Assembly (NCBI GenBank): GCA_904063045.1
Contig: CAJFCJ010000021.1
Location: 868,001 to 932,000, forward strand
Direction of reading: 5' to 3'
Origin: Dimorphilus gyrociliatus
Taxonomy: Eukaryota; Animalia; Annelida
Length of the DNA stretch: 64,000 nt
A program made the position numbers and the translations under genes. Shown one piece after another: positions 1 to 15,026 of this stretch. The first letter of the stretch is position 1; each line of letters starts with the position of its first letter. The notes beneath the pieces were generated by a model. The model saw only the letters and a list, made by a program, of their open reading frames with translations, was not told the DNA's origin and searched no databases.

Positions 1-2077
1 TAATATTCCTTAATATTCTTTATCATAAAATCTTCCTCTTCCTCTTCCTCTCCTTCTTTCCTTTCTCATACTTTCTCCTCCATCATTATATACACAAAAC
101 AAGAAATAATATACAATATTTATATAATTCCTCTCCTAATAACAGTAATTGCATTGAATTTATTATTCGAGTAAACATCTTAAGAGCACTCAATAGTTTA
201 TTAAGAGTTAGAATGCTAATTGTTTATGATATTATTGAAGCTGAAACGGTCGCTAGATGGAGTAGTTCGACAAATAAACTTTTTTTAATAGATTGCCAAG
301 AAAAATGAAAAGTAAACGATACTCAAAGTTTTCTACAATTTCACCTTTTGTTCTTTTATATATAGCCGTTAAATTTGAATAACTACGTTATTTATTCAAC
401 AATGTCTGTTGGAGACCGTTTTTACTGCGTACATGGTTACAGTTGTCTTGTTTTAACACTAAAATTATTCCAGATCGGGAGACAATCTTACGGAGAAGTA
501 GGGGAGGGGAAGAGAAAATAAAAAGGCAGCAAAAATGACAGAATATAAAGGGATATTAAAAACAAGGCACAATTGATAGGAGAGAACTAAATACGCAATA
601 TAAAGTTTATATACAAGTCTACCCCTTAAAGGAAATTATGTCAAAATAGACGGCTTAGAAGATCTGACGTTGATATGATAGGTTTGAAAAAATTACAGTT
701 CTCTAGGCCTAGCTATTATAAGGAATTAATCCTTCTAAGAAAACGTCAACCGACGCACAATAGCGTAGTTTATTTTTTAGATTATAGAAGAAAAATTGTT
801 AATATTCTTGTGAACGAAGAAGAAAGGATTCGTTTGTGATTTGATTTATGTTCTTAACCCTACAAACAATCTGTAAAGACTGCGAGAAAATGTTTTTCAA
901 CTATCAATCGTAGAACCACTTGATACGAATGAAAAATTTCCTAAATGGGACGTCGTAGGGAGATGTGAAGTATAGTAAAAAAGACGAATGCTTCTAAAAA
1001 TAGAAAAGAGACGCTCGAGAAGATTATCTTTGTATCACATTAGACCTACAACGAACGAATTTCCCAACATCTGGATGAAAGTTAGCCTTTATTATGTTTT
1101 TTCTTTCGTATCACTGGCTAAAGGTTAGCAGTCTTTTCTGTAGCGAATAAGAAAATTATCTCACTATGATAAACACTTGTATAATTAAATTGGATAAGAG
1201 AATTTTTGTAAGGCTTAACATTTGTGGACATTTTTTTCCCTCTATACTATCGTTATATGTAGTATAATAAGCTTTTTCCTTTTGTTTTCTTCGTGTTCTC
1301 TCTCTCTCCCTCTCTTTCCCTCTCTCCTTCTCTCTCCTTTTCAGCCTTACCTCCTCTTCTCTCCTCTCCTCCTCTCCTCTCCTCTCCTCTTCTCTCTTCT
1401 CTAGATATCTACCTCTCTCCACGCATCCAAGTATCTATCTATCTATCCGTCTCTCTATCATTAATACTCTCATCATCACTACAGAGTCATTAGCGTTATC
1501 GTTATTGTCATTATCGTAAACTTTTTTGTTATCCTTTTCGCTTTTTCAACATTCTTCGATATTAATTTGACAATTAATTAGTTAGATTAAAATATTTCAA
1601 AAATAAGTGAAATTTGTTAAATAGAAAATTAAATAAGCCTTAATAGATATATTGTTAGAAACACATCTGCCAATTACTGTAGACATTTCTCTTTTTAATT
1701 AAGACAATTAGTATGATTCTCACTCACTCACCCTCATTCTCTCTCCCTCTCTCTCTCTCTCTCCCTCCCTCCCTCCCTCCCTTCTTCCCTCCCTCTTTGT
1801 CTCGTCTTTAGATTTTCGTAAAATCCTATAAACGCGAATGACAGAAAGAGATAAGAAACATGCTAAAAGGACTAAAACGAAGCATTAGACACCCCACACT
1901 CCATTTAAAAAATACGATTACATTTATCATCGGAAATTCTGTATATAAAAAAGCAGGTGAACAATTCCTATAACCAATTCTATATAGTTGATTTTTTTTT
2001 CTTTCAGAGTTTCTCTCATCCCTCTCTCTCTCTCTCTCCCCTCCCCCCTCTCACTATCTCTCACTTTCTCTCTGTCC

Positions 2078-2126
<49 letters not shown>

Positions 2127-4433
2127 AATTCGTATTCCAATATGTATGTGTATATATATACAGTGAAGTGAAAGAATGAATAGAAATTTTTTTATTAATA
2201 GAGGAAGCCCGGATTAAAATGAAATTAGACAGGTCAACCATAGACATTCACCGAACCTTATAACCTAATAAATTGAAGCTACAAGGAGATCTGCCGAAAA
2301 GAAGCGGTAACCAAAATTGGGTTGTCATTACTTCTGTTGGACGATCCTAATGCCGAATGACATTCGACGAAGGAGATTTACGGAGGATGAGTAAGGTGTT
2401 TTAATCGCATAATATTAAAAAACGAAAAAAAAAACAAAAAAAAAAGAGAAAATAGAAAGAAAGAAAGAAAAGGAGGAGAGTAAAAGGACATGTAATCCCA
2501 TTAGAGTTTTACTAATGATTAATGATATTATAAATAATAATAACAATTAAAAAATCTCAGCTGCAATCCAGCACGTTCCGTAGCGGTAAAAAAAATAATA
2601 ATAAGAAAAAGAAGTCGTTGTCGTAAGATATAGGTCGGCTATACTTGGGATAAAATTGGTTAAAGGCGAATATACTCATCCATCATGCATAAACTCCATC
2701 AAACATTCGCCTTACTACAAAGCCGGGCGAAGCTTTCAATTACACGTTTTATCGGCCGTCCCCTACTCATTTTTTTTGCTCCATTTCTCTGTTTTGCCTG
2801 AGTACACGCACCACCGTGAAAAAACTCGTAATGAATAAAAGATATTTGACTCTTCTCAATAATTACTTTATGACTTTCCCTACTTGATTTTTCAGGGTTG
2901 ACACTAAACACGTACAATATATTTCGATACTTAAAGATCTTGCATCGTGCATAGAGAGAATGAAAGGCTTTATAGTATGGACAGTGTACTTTCAATGAAA
3001 TAGTCTTGCATAAAAATTACGAACTTTCATATACAAACAAAATCTGTTTGTCTGCCTGTCTGTCTCTGCTCTCTCCCTCTCTCTGCCCCTATCTCTAACT
3101 CTCGCCTCTTTCTCTCTTTCTCTCTTACACACACATCACCTTCTCGCGCTATTTCTCTCTTCCTTTTTCTCCCTTTTTCACTTAGATTTATTCTCTTCAC
3201 CTTTCAACCCCTTTCAGATTGGACGGTCTACGATTTCTAATTTGTTTTTTGTCCTCATAGTGTCCAATTTAGTTTTTTTCTCGATCTTTTACCAGTTTTC
3301 GATTAATTATTAATATTTTTACTATAACTCGACAAAAGTATATTTTTAAACTATTTAAAGGCAAATGGTGAGACCATAAAGGTTTTTTTTGTTCCTCTTT
3401 CGCCATTAAAATCTCTTATTCGGTTACGTTTTTCAACACTTGTTTATTTATATTTAATCAAATAGATGTGTAATTAATTAATTTTGTTAAAAACACATTA
3501 CGTCTAATTGTCTCTCTCTCTCTCTCTCCTTCTCTCTCAATCTTTCTCTTCTTCCTTCTTTTCTTATCCTGTCTATCTAGATATCAATTTTACTAGATAT
3601 CCTTTACAGAAAAATTACATTTATATACCAGTATAAATATAGCATTTATTAGTATGAATAATTAAAGAATTCAGTTTCTTCTCTTTTTTAAATAGAACCG
3701 CCAACTTATTTTCTCTCATAACTTGGCTAATACTTCTGTTGAAGCTAAGAACTTATTAAATACAGGCCTATTAGCTAGGAATAAACTTTACGAATAGGAG
3801 ATTAAAGCTAACGGTAAAAGAAAATAAAGAGAACATTCCAAAATGAACTAGTTGGGAGGAATAAAGTTATTTTAGTTTCTGTAGTCCTACAATTATTTCT
3901 TACATTATTGATGTTGTGGCATAATGATATGGATTATCTAATCGTAATGTAAATGGAAAAAAACTATGCCTATAGCTTTCTATATCATAAATATACAACT
4001 CTTAATTCCAACGAAATTGATAGGCGCATAAATATTTATTTATAATTTTTATATTAATCCATTATATGATACCTTAATGAACGATATTAATATAATGAAA
4101 GTAAGGCAATGTCTAAATGCTTACAGATCAAAAAGAAATTTTATTTAAACAAGTAATTGGGATGCTTCTTTAAATAGTATCCAGTACGAAAATGAAGAAA
4201 AGTATGCCTATAGGGGGAGGGGAGGGCAGGGAGGAGACGCAACAATTAAAAACTATATGCCCATAGGAGGAAGAGAGGAAGAGGTGTGAACAAATGAGTA
4301 GGAGAACGAAGAGAAGATGAAAAGTATGAGAGGAGGGAGCGAGAGAGATAGTGTGTATGTGTATGTGTGTGTGAAAGTATATAAATATAGTAAAAGAGTA
4401 AATAAGTAAACTTTAAAGCCATATGGCTATTTA

Positions 4434-4468
<35 letters not shown>

Positions 4469-4746
4469 TAATAATGGCCTAACGTACACAGTTTATAAAA
4501 TGATAATGTAAATTCTTATACTTGTTTAGAAATTTTTTATTTAGTAAATTAAACAAATATTTTAATGTTGTAATAATAGGAAGTCTCTAAAACTAAATGA
4601 ATTATTTATCTTTTTTTATACAATATCACTTACAAACTACCTGTATATACATTATATTTAAGTCATGTGAAAGAAAGGTAAGTAAGTAGTTGTTTTGACT
4701 CTTGTTTAATAACTACTTTATTATTCAAAAGAGGTAGAGAAGCGAT

Positions 4747-4799
<53 letters not shown>

Positions 4800-5268
4800 G
4801 AGACAGAGAGGAGACGCACACACGGACAAACAGAAAAGAAAGATCCAAATAAATAAATAAAAGTCAAAACTTTGGCCTTTCTCCCAATTAGGATTCGTAG
4901 CGCATATTCGCTTAATTTCGCCTTAAATTTGCCCGCTTAAATTTTCCACACGAGTATTGCATATTAAGTTTACTCCAGACTCTTCGCCGTCTCCTTCTCT
5001 TCTTCTTCTTCTTCTCCTCCTCATTCTTTCCCTCTCTTCTCTTTTCCCTTCTATTTTTATACTTTACATTTAAATGATTAAAGTAAGAATAAAACTACTA
5101 TCCATTAAAACTTTTCCTCTATCTTTAATTTATTTAAAATATAAAGAAAAACAGAATTTAGTAGAACAATTTGATTAAATAATGAAATATTTTGTTATTT
5201 TCCCTTTCATTAACAAAGTCTTTTACATATATTAAGTAGTCTTCTCCTTTTTTCTTTCAACTATGAAA

Positions 5269-5784
5269 CTAAGTGGTGCCATCTACTTCAAATTCTTTGT
5301 AAAATTGGATAGCATCTATGTAACGGCCATCGTTCAACTTTACTGCCTTTGGTATACGACCTGCTTGTTGGAAACCAAGATTCTGGGCTATTCTAATCAT
5401 GGCGTTGTTAATCTCAAAGACGAGATTAAAAAAGCTGGCTTTGTAACCAAGATCTGCAGCTATTCTTAAATAGTTTTTTACCATCCATTTCCCTATTCCT
5501 TCGCCTGTTGAAAAATTTATTCTTTATTCTTTTATAAACCAATTATGTAATAATTAGCTAGTTTATCTTGGACTTAATCTAATATAGGAATATTTTTAAT
5601 GGTTGCACAAGGAAGAGAGAGAGAGTATATAGAGTAAAAACAACGTGCTCTTTTTCTTTTCTTTCAAATTACTTTTGAAGAGATAAATATGAAAAGTTAG
5701 AAATGATCTTCCGGGAATCTTATCATTATTACAAAATATATATATACTGTATTATACAGATATTATTTACTATACATCTACTGA

Positions 5785-5819
<35 letters not shown>

Positions 5820-7928
5820 AGGAAGGAGACGAATTTGAATAATTTAACTGTTTAGCTTATTAAGTAATTTAGGGGTTTGTACATTTTCTGTTTGCGTACA
5901 CTTCTAAAAATCTTTTGTCTTCAATTGTTTTTAATATTCAATAATTGAAAAGTTTATTAATAGCCTATTTTCTTGTATATACAATATCATATTTTAAACA
6001 AGAGGTACATTCGTTAAAATATTCATAGATTATTGAAATTCAATGAAATTTTGCCTTAAACCAATGACATTTTATAAACACGATGTTTGAATAAATTGAA
6101 TGTTTTATAGGTAAAAGTTTGATTGATTATTATTCTCCTGAGAGAGAGAGAGAGAGAGAAGAAGAAGAAGACGAACGGCAAAGAGATAATTTAGACTTTA
6201 TTACTTTATTATCAAGTCAATTTGCATGTAGAAAACTGTAAACGAACGACTCTTAACAAAAGAAGGGCAAACGTCTAATGTACAATAAATAATATAAAGA
6301 ATGAACAATTGTGTAAAAAGAAATTAAATACGAAAATAAGTTTGAAAAATAATATCTAAACAAATCGTTCATGTAACGAGCTTACCGTATTTTCGGTATA
6401 TTGTTTAAGCTTTCCGATTGTTTCTATGATATATTATACATATATGTTGTATTAAATGTTTGATAATTATCTATATGTAGGGGTGATAAAACCCTTCGAA
6501 ATGCCAATATAATTCATATTTAATAATGTTTCTTTTGATACGATTTTTCTGTTTGTTTGTGTTTTTATTATTATTTCAATAGAAAACAAAGTTTACCCCT
6601 CTCTCTACACGAAGGAACAGAGAGAAAATGATAGTTTCATAAGTAGTATAGTAACTTTAACGAATAAATAGCATTTACTTGTGCTTTCTTATGCATTCTT
6701 CGTTGAACTAACGCTTCCTGTTGGCCCTCTCGGGATAGCCTTTAAAGTCCTAAGGAACGGACATGACGTTTGGAAAAGAATGTGCTAAAACGTTACGTGA
6801 CTTCGTAATATAAAAAATGTATGATTTTTATATAGTTAAAATAGCTAGTAGCTTCTTCTTTGTATTCTTCTTCTTCTCCTTCTCCTCCTCCCCCTCCCCT
6901 TCCCCCTCCTCCTCCTCCTCTACCATTTACGTCTCTCTTTTCCATTTTGTTCTATATATATAAATCTATAAATCTGTCAAACAGGCCTATAAACACACTA
7001 CACTATACTACATATTGGATGACAATTGTCCAAGTTCAGTGATCTCTTTAATGTCTTTGACAAGATTTAAATACTTGTATAATAATAATAATAACAATAA
7101 TAATATACAATAAAAACAGTAGTTTTCCTATTGCTATAGTAGATTGTGAAATTATACTTAGGCGTTTCGATTCTCTGTAATCTTTTTAATTGCTAATAAT
7201 CATTATAAGGTTTCCTTTTAGGTTCTTCCTCTTTCTCAACGTTTTTACTTAGTAATAGGTGATTGGGAATGTTATTCTCTCCGAAAGTTTCTAAGCAGCT
7301 TTTATATTAGATACATAGGATTTAACGCCAAGAACACGACCCATCGTATAGACTTTCAAGAGGATTGTAAAAGTTAACTCTCTACAATAACCGAAATATT
7401 TTGATACGTTAGGATAATAAATAATCAATTCATTTGTTTAAGATGATCATTATATACTAAATATTTCGCAAATTACTTATCGTATTGAGCAATATTGATA
7501 ACAAGAGTTGTTTTGTCCTAATATGAAATATTGAATAGTATAAACTCGTATATTATATACAAAACTACTATTGTTTCGTTACCTTTACAAATAGCATCAA
7601 CCAGAAAACCGGAATTACATATGTGCGATGAACGACCGGGAAAGTTTGGTTTCACATAGAACGCTCCTAATATATTTCCTTCTTTAGAATCCTTTACAAC
7701 GAATACTTGATGAGTTAGGTAATAACTGCGAAACTCCTCTAACGTAGCTGAATCTTGAGGGTAACTTTCGCCAACATTTACGGTATCTTGGAACAATGCG
7801 TGTAAGGATGGTTCATCCTTTACGTCGTACTCGTCCAAAACAACTTTTCGACCTTTTTTCGTTGTCCAATCTATTGGTAGATAATCTAGTTTTATACCAT
7901 CTTTTTTCTTTGGAAGATTGTAAGCCAT
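5269..7928 (-). CDS. GNAT N-acetyltransferase, Mpr1-like (L-azetidine-2-carboxylate acetyltransferase family); 2 exons, 193 aa
   Basis: Exons 7928-7583 and 5504-5269 join in frame across a 2078-nt GT-AG intron. The motifs GAFYVKPNFPGRSSHICNSGFLV, KGEGIG (acetyl-CoA loop) and LGYKASFFNLVFEIN match the Mpr1 signature as recalled. Confidence 0.88.
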
Positions 7929-8453
7929 TTTGAAATATGTTCTAGTTGTTTATAAGTAGGAGTAGAATAGTATTGTAAATGCTGTTTCATATTTTTCAGA
8001 CATATATATAGTATATGCTGATTCATGCATTGCAACACATTATACTTGAGGCTAAGATTGATAGAGCTGATAAGATTTCAAAGTTATATACATATCTTCT
8101 TCAACTCTGAGAAGAGGTCTAATATACAAATATGTACAAACAATAAGAGAAACCTAGTTTATTCTATATTTTAGTAAAGAATAGCATCTATTTGAACATT
8201 CGATACTGAAATTGAATGGATAAATAGCTATAAAAAGTATATATATATATACTGTATATATAGATAAATAGATAGATTTACAGATAGATGGAAATTTCTA
8301 GAAGTAAAACAATTCGAATAACATAGAATTTTCGAGTAATTAAATAACGTTGGAATGGAGAATGTCGTGCAGTTTATACGATTAGCATTTCGTAAGGAGA
8401 TGTATACATCATACGAATGGTATAAATACATATATATATATACAGTATATATG

Positions 8454-8492
<39 letters not shown>

Positions 8493-10058
8493 CGCGCGAA
8501 AGAAAATGATATATAAATAGAAAAATCATATTTATTTGCATTAATTATTACTAAGAAATTATATTAATTATAATTAGGGTTGGGTTAGAACTTAATTGAT
8601 TCAATTTACTTTATTACTTTTCACACCCAAAACTTCTAAAACAAACAACAAACAAAACAAAAACTATAAGAAACAAGTTTTATAGTAAACTTATAATAAT
8701 CTATTATTATCATCATTATTATCATCATCGTCTTCGTTATCATTGTAAATCTTGTCTATATTTATCTTGAAAAACTGTTTAATTCTACTTTTTATACTTT
8801 ATAACTGGGTGTAATTTAATTAATTAATGTTGCTATTAAAGTTTAATAGGATCCTTTTAGCATTGTAGAAAAGTAAAGTGGATAAATGAATGAAGAGATG
8901 ATAAGGAGGAAATGGAAGAAGCGAAGAGAGGAGGAACGGTATTAGTGTTGGTGTTAGTATGTATGGGCGTCAGGGAGGGAGAGAGAGAGAGAGAGAGAGA
9001 TAGGATATATAAGATAGATAAAGAAATAGTTAATGAAAAGAACAAGTAGAAAACGATAGTAACGTCGAAACGTTGTCATCTCTATTTTCAATCGTAGAAA
9101 ATGACCATCTGAAAAAGAATTATTTGAGAGAATGGAATATATTACAAACACAACAAAATACTGCTAAAGAATGGAATAAATGAAAGATCAAAAAATATAT
9201 ATACACAACCATACTGATATTATAGCTGTATAAATATGAAAAAAATGACTGATTTCTTAAGAAATAGTAAGAAAAGTAGCAGTTAATTTCTCGTTCTGAT
9301 TCTTTCCGCCCACTTTCGTATTTTTCTATGATGATTAGACGAAGCAGAGAATAGACGCCAATTAATCGCCTCAAGAAATGAACACAGACTACCCAATTTT
9401 CATCTACGTACATTTGTTAGAAAGAAACGTCTAGTAGGACGATTAGCCGCACTCGTTCCTCCAATTCCTCGTAGCTCTTAATCGATTCGAACACTCCACC
9501 CTGAGAAATTATAGGCTTACGTCTATCCTTTAATAATCTTACTATTTAGAGAAACTACGGACGAATAGAGCGTTTTTTTCTCACTCCTCTCTTTCACTTT
9601 CTCTCTCTCTCTCTCTTTCAGAAAGTTCTATTATTAACTCTTAATATAAATCGACCACTACGCAAAGAGATCCATTTAGTTTCTTTTATTTACATTTTTA
9701 GAATTTATTATGTGTCTCTTTTGCTTTATCTATTCAGCATCTTTTATCTCTTTTCCTACTATTTCAATTGGTTAAAATCACTAAAATTGATAATAATAAT
9801 AGTAATAATAATAACAATAACAAAACAAATAAAAAATCTTATGACCTTACGGTCATTGACATTGTCTAATTTCTTAAACGCTGTTGACCTCACGACTCGA
9901 TAGCCTATGTCATGTTTATAGCGCCATCTGCATTGCTGAGTATTAACCGTAAGAGATAAGGTTAATTGAGTGAAAAATTCCTTGAAAAATATATTTGTCT
10001 ATATTGTTTTATGTAAATTGAAAAAGAGAAATGTGGTTAGGAGAAGTTTCTCTACCTC

Positions 10059-10063
<5 letters not shown>

Positions 10064-10107
<44 letters not shown>
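10064..10107 (+). repeat. (CT)n microsatellite
   Basis: Perfect CT dinucleotide run, one of many GA/CT tracts in the window. Confidence 0.9.
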
Positions 10108-10116
<9 letters not shown>

Positions 10117-11199
10117 ACTCTCTCTCGCTCTCTATACTTTACATATATACTGTATATACTGTATATATATATAAATCTTTTTTTAGTTGGATGGAGCAAA
10201 TTAGGAAAGAGACAAAAAGAAGAGAGAGAGAGAGAGGAAGAGGAAAAGAGTATTATAGATAGAGGATGTGAACAGAGTGGACTTCTTTCTGCATAACCAG
10301 GTTTCCTAGCCGAAGAGGGAATTACGTCCGGAACAAATTCATTTTACGCCCTACTTCTTATCCTACACTCTTAATTTATTTTAGTTGGTCTACGGACATT
10401 ATCTATGTACTAAAAAAGTAATAGATTATCAGATGAATATGTAAATTAGCCGTCTTAAAAACAGTATAATTAATGCTTTAAGGACTTGTAAAGATAATTA
10501 GAGACGCCCGTGTCGTCTATTGATTAGACTGTAATGTCGTTTAAATCTTCACCAAGTTTGGTTCTCTTAGCAAACTTCTAAAGTAGCAGGAAAGAAGCAT
10601 TAAGAAAGTAATTTGTTAAATTTATTCGTTTTCTCGACGAATTTAGCATGCTAATTTAAATTAGCATAATATAATGTATATTTTAATTTATTCTAATAGC
10701 TATACCATATATTTTATATCTGTAATCAGCTAGACGTTTAAACGATTAATGAATATTTATAAAGACTATAACCTTTCTATCAAAATATATATAGTATGTT
10801 ATGTATCTACTGTATGTTCCACTCTATCAATCCTATATATTTCGTTTAACACTATATTCTTTATAGAATACTTCAAACTCACATACAGTCCCTACTATTA
10901 GATTTTTACCCGTTATTATAATTATTGTTTAATTACAAATAATTACCTATATAACGACAGAAAGGGTAAGTAACCTTTCTTAATTAGTCAATTAAACATT
11001 GAAAATGTTATACTAACTACACTATATCGTGTATCAAGCTGCAGAGAACCTTGGAAGAGGGGAGAGAGGACAGAAAAGTGAAAAGAGCAAGGAAGATATA
11101 CATACGTACATATATATCAATAAATACTCTATACCGTGTATATAGTTTATATGGTACATATATAAATATGTATAGTAATATATACAGAATATAAGAGCG

Positions 11200-11243
<44 letters not shown>

Positions 11244-13369
11244 TGAGAGTGAGAGACAGAGGCAGACAGACAGACAGAGAAAGAAAAAAAGGGAGAAAGA
11301 TATAAGTAAAAATATGTATGTAATGGAATGTTATAGGATGAACATGAATTAGTTGTTTATAAAGTAAACAAGCTGATTTAATTAATTAATTAAAATACAT
11401 CTTGAATATCTGATATTCTAAACTCTTTAAATATCCTTCATGCTATTATTATTATTATTATTATTATTAATTAAAACTATTAGCTGTAGTTGTTCTTCTA
11501 TCTTCTTCTTATCTCAAAAATCGTTTATTCTTCCTTTTCTTTTTCATAGCCGTCTTCTTCTTTTTTTATTTCTTATTCTCAACTCTTTAAGTGCATTCTA
11601 TATTTTTTCTTCTATAATTTTCCCTCCTTTGTTCCATCTATCTCCCTAATAAAGATCTTAAAATAGACTATATTTTTTACATAGCTATCGCTATCCTATT
11701 AGAAACGCCATCTATTGACTGCTTTTAGATATTGCGGTAGAAAGAAGCGTTTCTTCTCTTCACTCTATACAGAACACTTTATTAAGCGCCCGACACGCGC
11801 ATAAAATGTAAAGTTTTATTCTTCCGTAATAATGTAGCACATTATATAGAATGCCACAAATGGTGGGACATAAAAAATGGAGAAAAGAGACGAGAAACGT
11901 ACGCTATGGCAACCTTTAAATGATTAATAGAATGTATTAGAAATATTTGAATAAATACAAACTACACATTGCTTATATTTTTGTATTTTATTTTTAGTTG
12001 TTTGTCCCTAATTTTTTATTAAACAAGTTATCTTCTAATCCTGCTAGAGGTTAAAACGGAAATATGTAATTAACTTTTACTGATAAGCTACTCTCCTATG
12101 CTCTAATTCCGAGAATAAGGAACAGTGGGCGTAGAAAATCCGTAATCTGAGAAAGACATTCTCGAAAAAACAAACGATGTTCTCTCAATCATTCTCAACC
12201 TTTTCACCTAGTTACTAAGAGGATGATTCGGAGTTTAAAAGAGTCCGAGTGATGGATAACGTAGACAATAATTAATAATAATAGAAATGTTTAATCATAC
12301 TTTTTGCTAATTTATTATCTATCTATAAAGTTATTGCCATATATATGTACTTGATATAGTACGAATATAAATACAAGTGTATATGTACAGTATACAAGAA
12401 GGAATATAGTAGGAGAGAGAGAGAGAGACAGTGAAATAGAAAGAGTAAAAAGATATTAGAATCAACTAATAATCATCTGTATTCATCTTCGTTCCACCTA
12501 CAGCAAATGATAGATAATACGATAAAAACATAGAATTATGCACAATAAAGGATATTTGACAATTTAACATTCTCTATTAAAAAGTATAACTCCTATTACA
12601 ACGAAGAAACTAATAAGAAAATAGATAGACCATTACCTCGTTTATAAGTTTCTCCATCTTCTTTCTTTTCTAGTTGAATTTTTAAGGTCTGAGAAACGAG
12701 GGATTAGCCGAATAGATGATTAATAATCCCTGGAATGTTTTTTTTTTTATTCATAAAAAATTTATGAGAGAAATTCGCAAAATAGACATTTCTCATAAGA
12801 ATTTCAAGATAGGAAAAAAGTAATAAATGAGCAATCCATTCCTATAATTTATAGATTAAATTTCTTAAATATTCTCACTTGTTTTATTTTTTCAGATGTC
12901 AAACTAGAATAATTCCTTAATTATTAACAAATTCGTCATCCACTCTTATTATCTCCGATCTTCTACGCATAGAAAATGGACAGTTCGATTACTTTGACGG
13001 ATGAATCGGTTTTTTTTCCCTTTTCGATAATAGGCCTAAAATCGCTAAGCAGCCAGCCAAAGGCTATCTTTTTGGATAATTCATCAATTTAGACTTATCT
13101 ACCCTATTCAGAGTAGCATATTGGCACTTTTTTTCCTTTTATTCCGATAGAGAAAGTTATCGTTATATCACTAATGACGATAACACTCATGATGATATTT
13201 CACTTCATGAATTATATATAGTGTACAACAACTACAGTCTATAAAGTTTTATCTATACTTTATAAAGTAGATATACACATTTAGATATGGATTTTACATA
13301 ATAAATATTTTAGAAACCTTTCGAACGACATTTAAACCTATTCAATATAAAATTCACTTTCTAGGTAAA

Positions 13370-13621
13370 ATGAACGCTCTAGAGAAACGTATTTTGAACA
13401 GGAAAAGGGACCGCTTTCAAAGCGTCTTTTTTAATGTCAATAATCAACGCCTATTAAAAGATCTCGTTGGACAAGGAATAGTTTTAAAGGGTACTTTAGA
13501 GAAAGTTCAGGTTTCAAATAAAATTTTTTTTTACATTGATATTATAACTTTTATTTTATTTACTTTTCATCTCTCTCTCCCCTTTATCTCTCTTTTTTCA
13601 TTCTTTCTTTCCTTCTTTCTA

Positions 13622-13699
<78 letters not shown>

Positions 13700-14726
13700 C
13701 CTCTCTCCCTCTCCCCCTCTCTTTCCCTCTCCCCTCTTCTTTATTTATATATTCTTCTTCCCCAAATAGAAAAATAAAGACGTCAATGAAAAATTCTCCC
13801 TACTATTGAAAGATTTCGAAAAGGAACCGCTCTCTTTTCAGAAGATTTGTTACAGTTTGGAAAATAGAGGGTATGTCAATTTGCTTGACGAACTCAAAGC
13901 TGAACTAATTGTAGAAGAAGGGAAATATAGACCGAATAATTGGATGATTTCCGAAGCTGAGCAATTCAGCTCTGTTAATGTTACGTACGAAATTGCTAAA
14001 AGATTTGCGGTTGCTGAACTTCTATGTAAATTTTCCGTAAAAAGACGCACTAAAGATTTAATAACCGAAAGACATCTAATACAATCAAAAGTAAAGGAAT
14101 TACTTGGAAATATCAATAAGTTAATCAAGCATACAAATCAAGAAGGAAGTAGGGATGATGGAAAAAATTTCGATAGACAAAAATTAATCGATTTAGATTT
14201 GGAGACTAATAAGAAGAAAGCTTTTCAATTAGCATCAGAGAAAATCGAACAACTGTTCAAAGTTTATCAAAGTCTTGAAAGGGAAAATTCTATATTTAGA
14301 ATTGAAAGGGAAAGCTGCTTGAAACTGCTAAATTGTAATAATAAGTATTCGAGAATAGATGAAATATTAAAAGAAACTTTAAAGGACGCTTCTACAGAGG
14401 TCGACAAGGTCAAAACCTCGGCTTTGAAAGAAAGGAGCAATTGTTCTACCCTAGATTCAAGAGTAAGACAAATAAAACTCGATACGCAAAGGAGTTTATT
14501 AGTGAAGCAAGACGAAATTGAAAATTTGAAATATTGTCTGGTGGAGAAAGATAAGAGGATACGACATCTAGCGGAAGAGAACGCAAAGAATAGACAAAGA
14601 TTTGAATTTTACGAAAGAGAATTACAAATAGCCAAGACAAGAAATTTAGTTCTTGAAAGGTCAAGAGGATTATGCTACTCTTGGAAAGACGTTGTTGGAA
14701 ATTTTAAAAGAGCAGATCTCAAATAG
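13370..14726 (+). CDS. Protein with N-terminal CARD-like death fold and C-terminal coiled coil; 2 coding exons, 365 aa
   Basis: Exons 13370-13510 and 13770-14726 join in phase 0 (CAG|gtttc ... aatag|AAA). The N-terminal 90 aa have CARD-like helical spacing (LLKDLVGQGIV...FSLLLKDF...FQKICYSLENRGYVNLLDEL). The C-terminal half is heptad-rich in E/K/L/R. Confidence 0.75.
13627..13695 (+). repeat. Long intronic (CT)n microsatellite
   Basis: About 35 CT units inside intron 13511-13769. Confidence 0.9.
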
Positions 14727-15026
14727 TTGGTTTATAAAACCGTTTCTTTTCTCCCCCTTCCTTCTCTAGCCCTCACCCTTCTCTCTCGCTCTCTCTCTCT
14801 CTCTCTCCCTCTCTTCTCCCGGAAGAGCCTTAAATACCTTTTATTATTCATTAGGTGACAGATATCACAAAAAAATCAATGTATTTCCGGTAACGTCCTA
14901 AATATTATGTTGATAAGACGTTTCTCCTTCTTTATTATTTACATGAAATAAATAAATTTTTACTTTTTTTTTTCAACGAGACAGTCATTTAATAAACTTT
15001 TTTTTATTATGATTTAAAACTTCTTA

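Noticed and set aside
2551-2575. miR-216-like seed AATCTCAGCTG
   Set aside because: No precursor hairpin is visible and the 3' half does not match.
1156-4848. Short ORFs rich in SLSL, ERER or PLLSS
   Set aside because: They are translations of CT/GA microsatellites and purine tracts with no domain or splice support. The same applies to ORFs at 8857-11649, 29370 and 30332.
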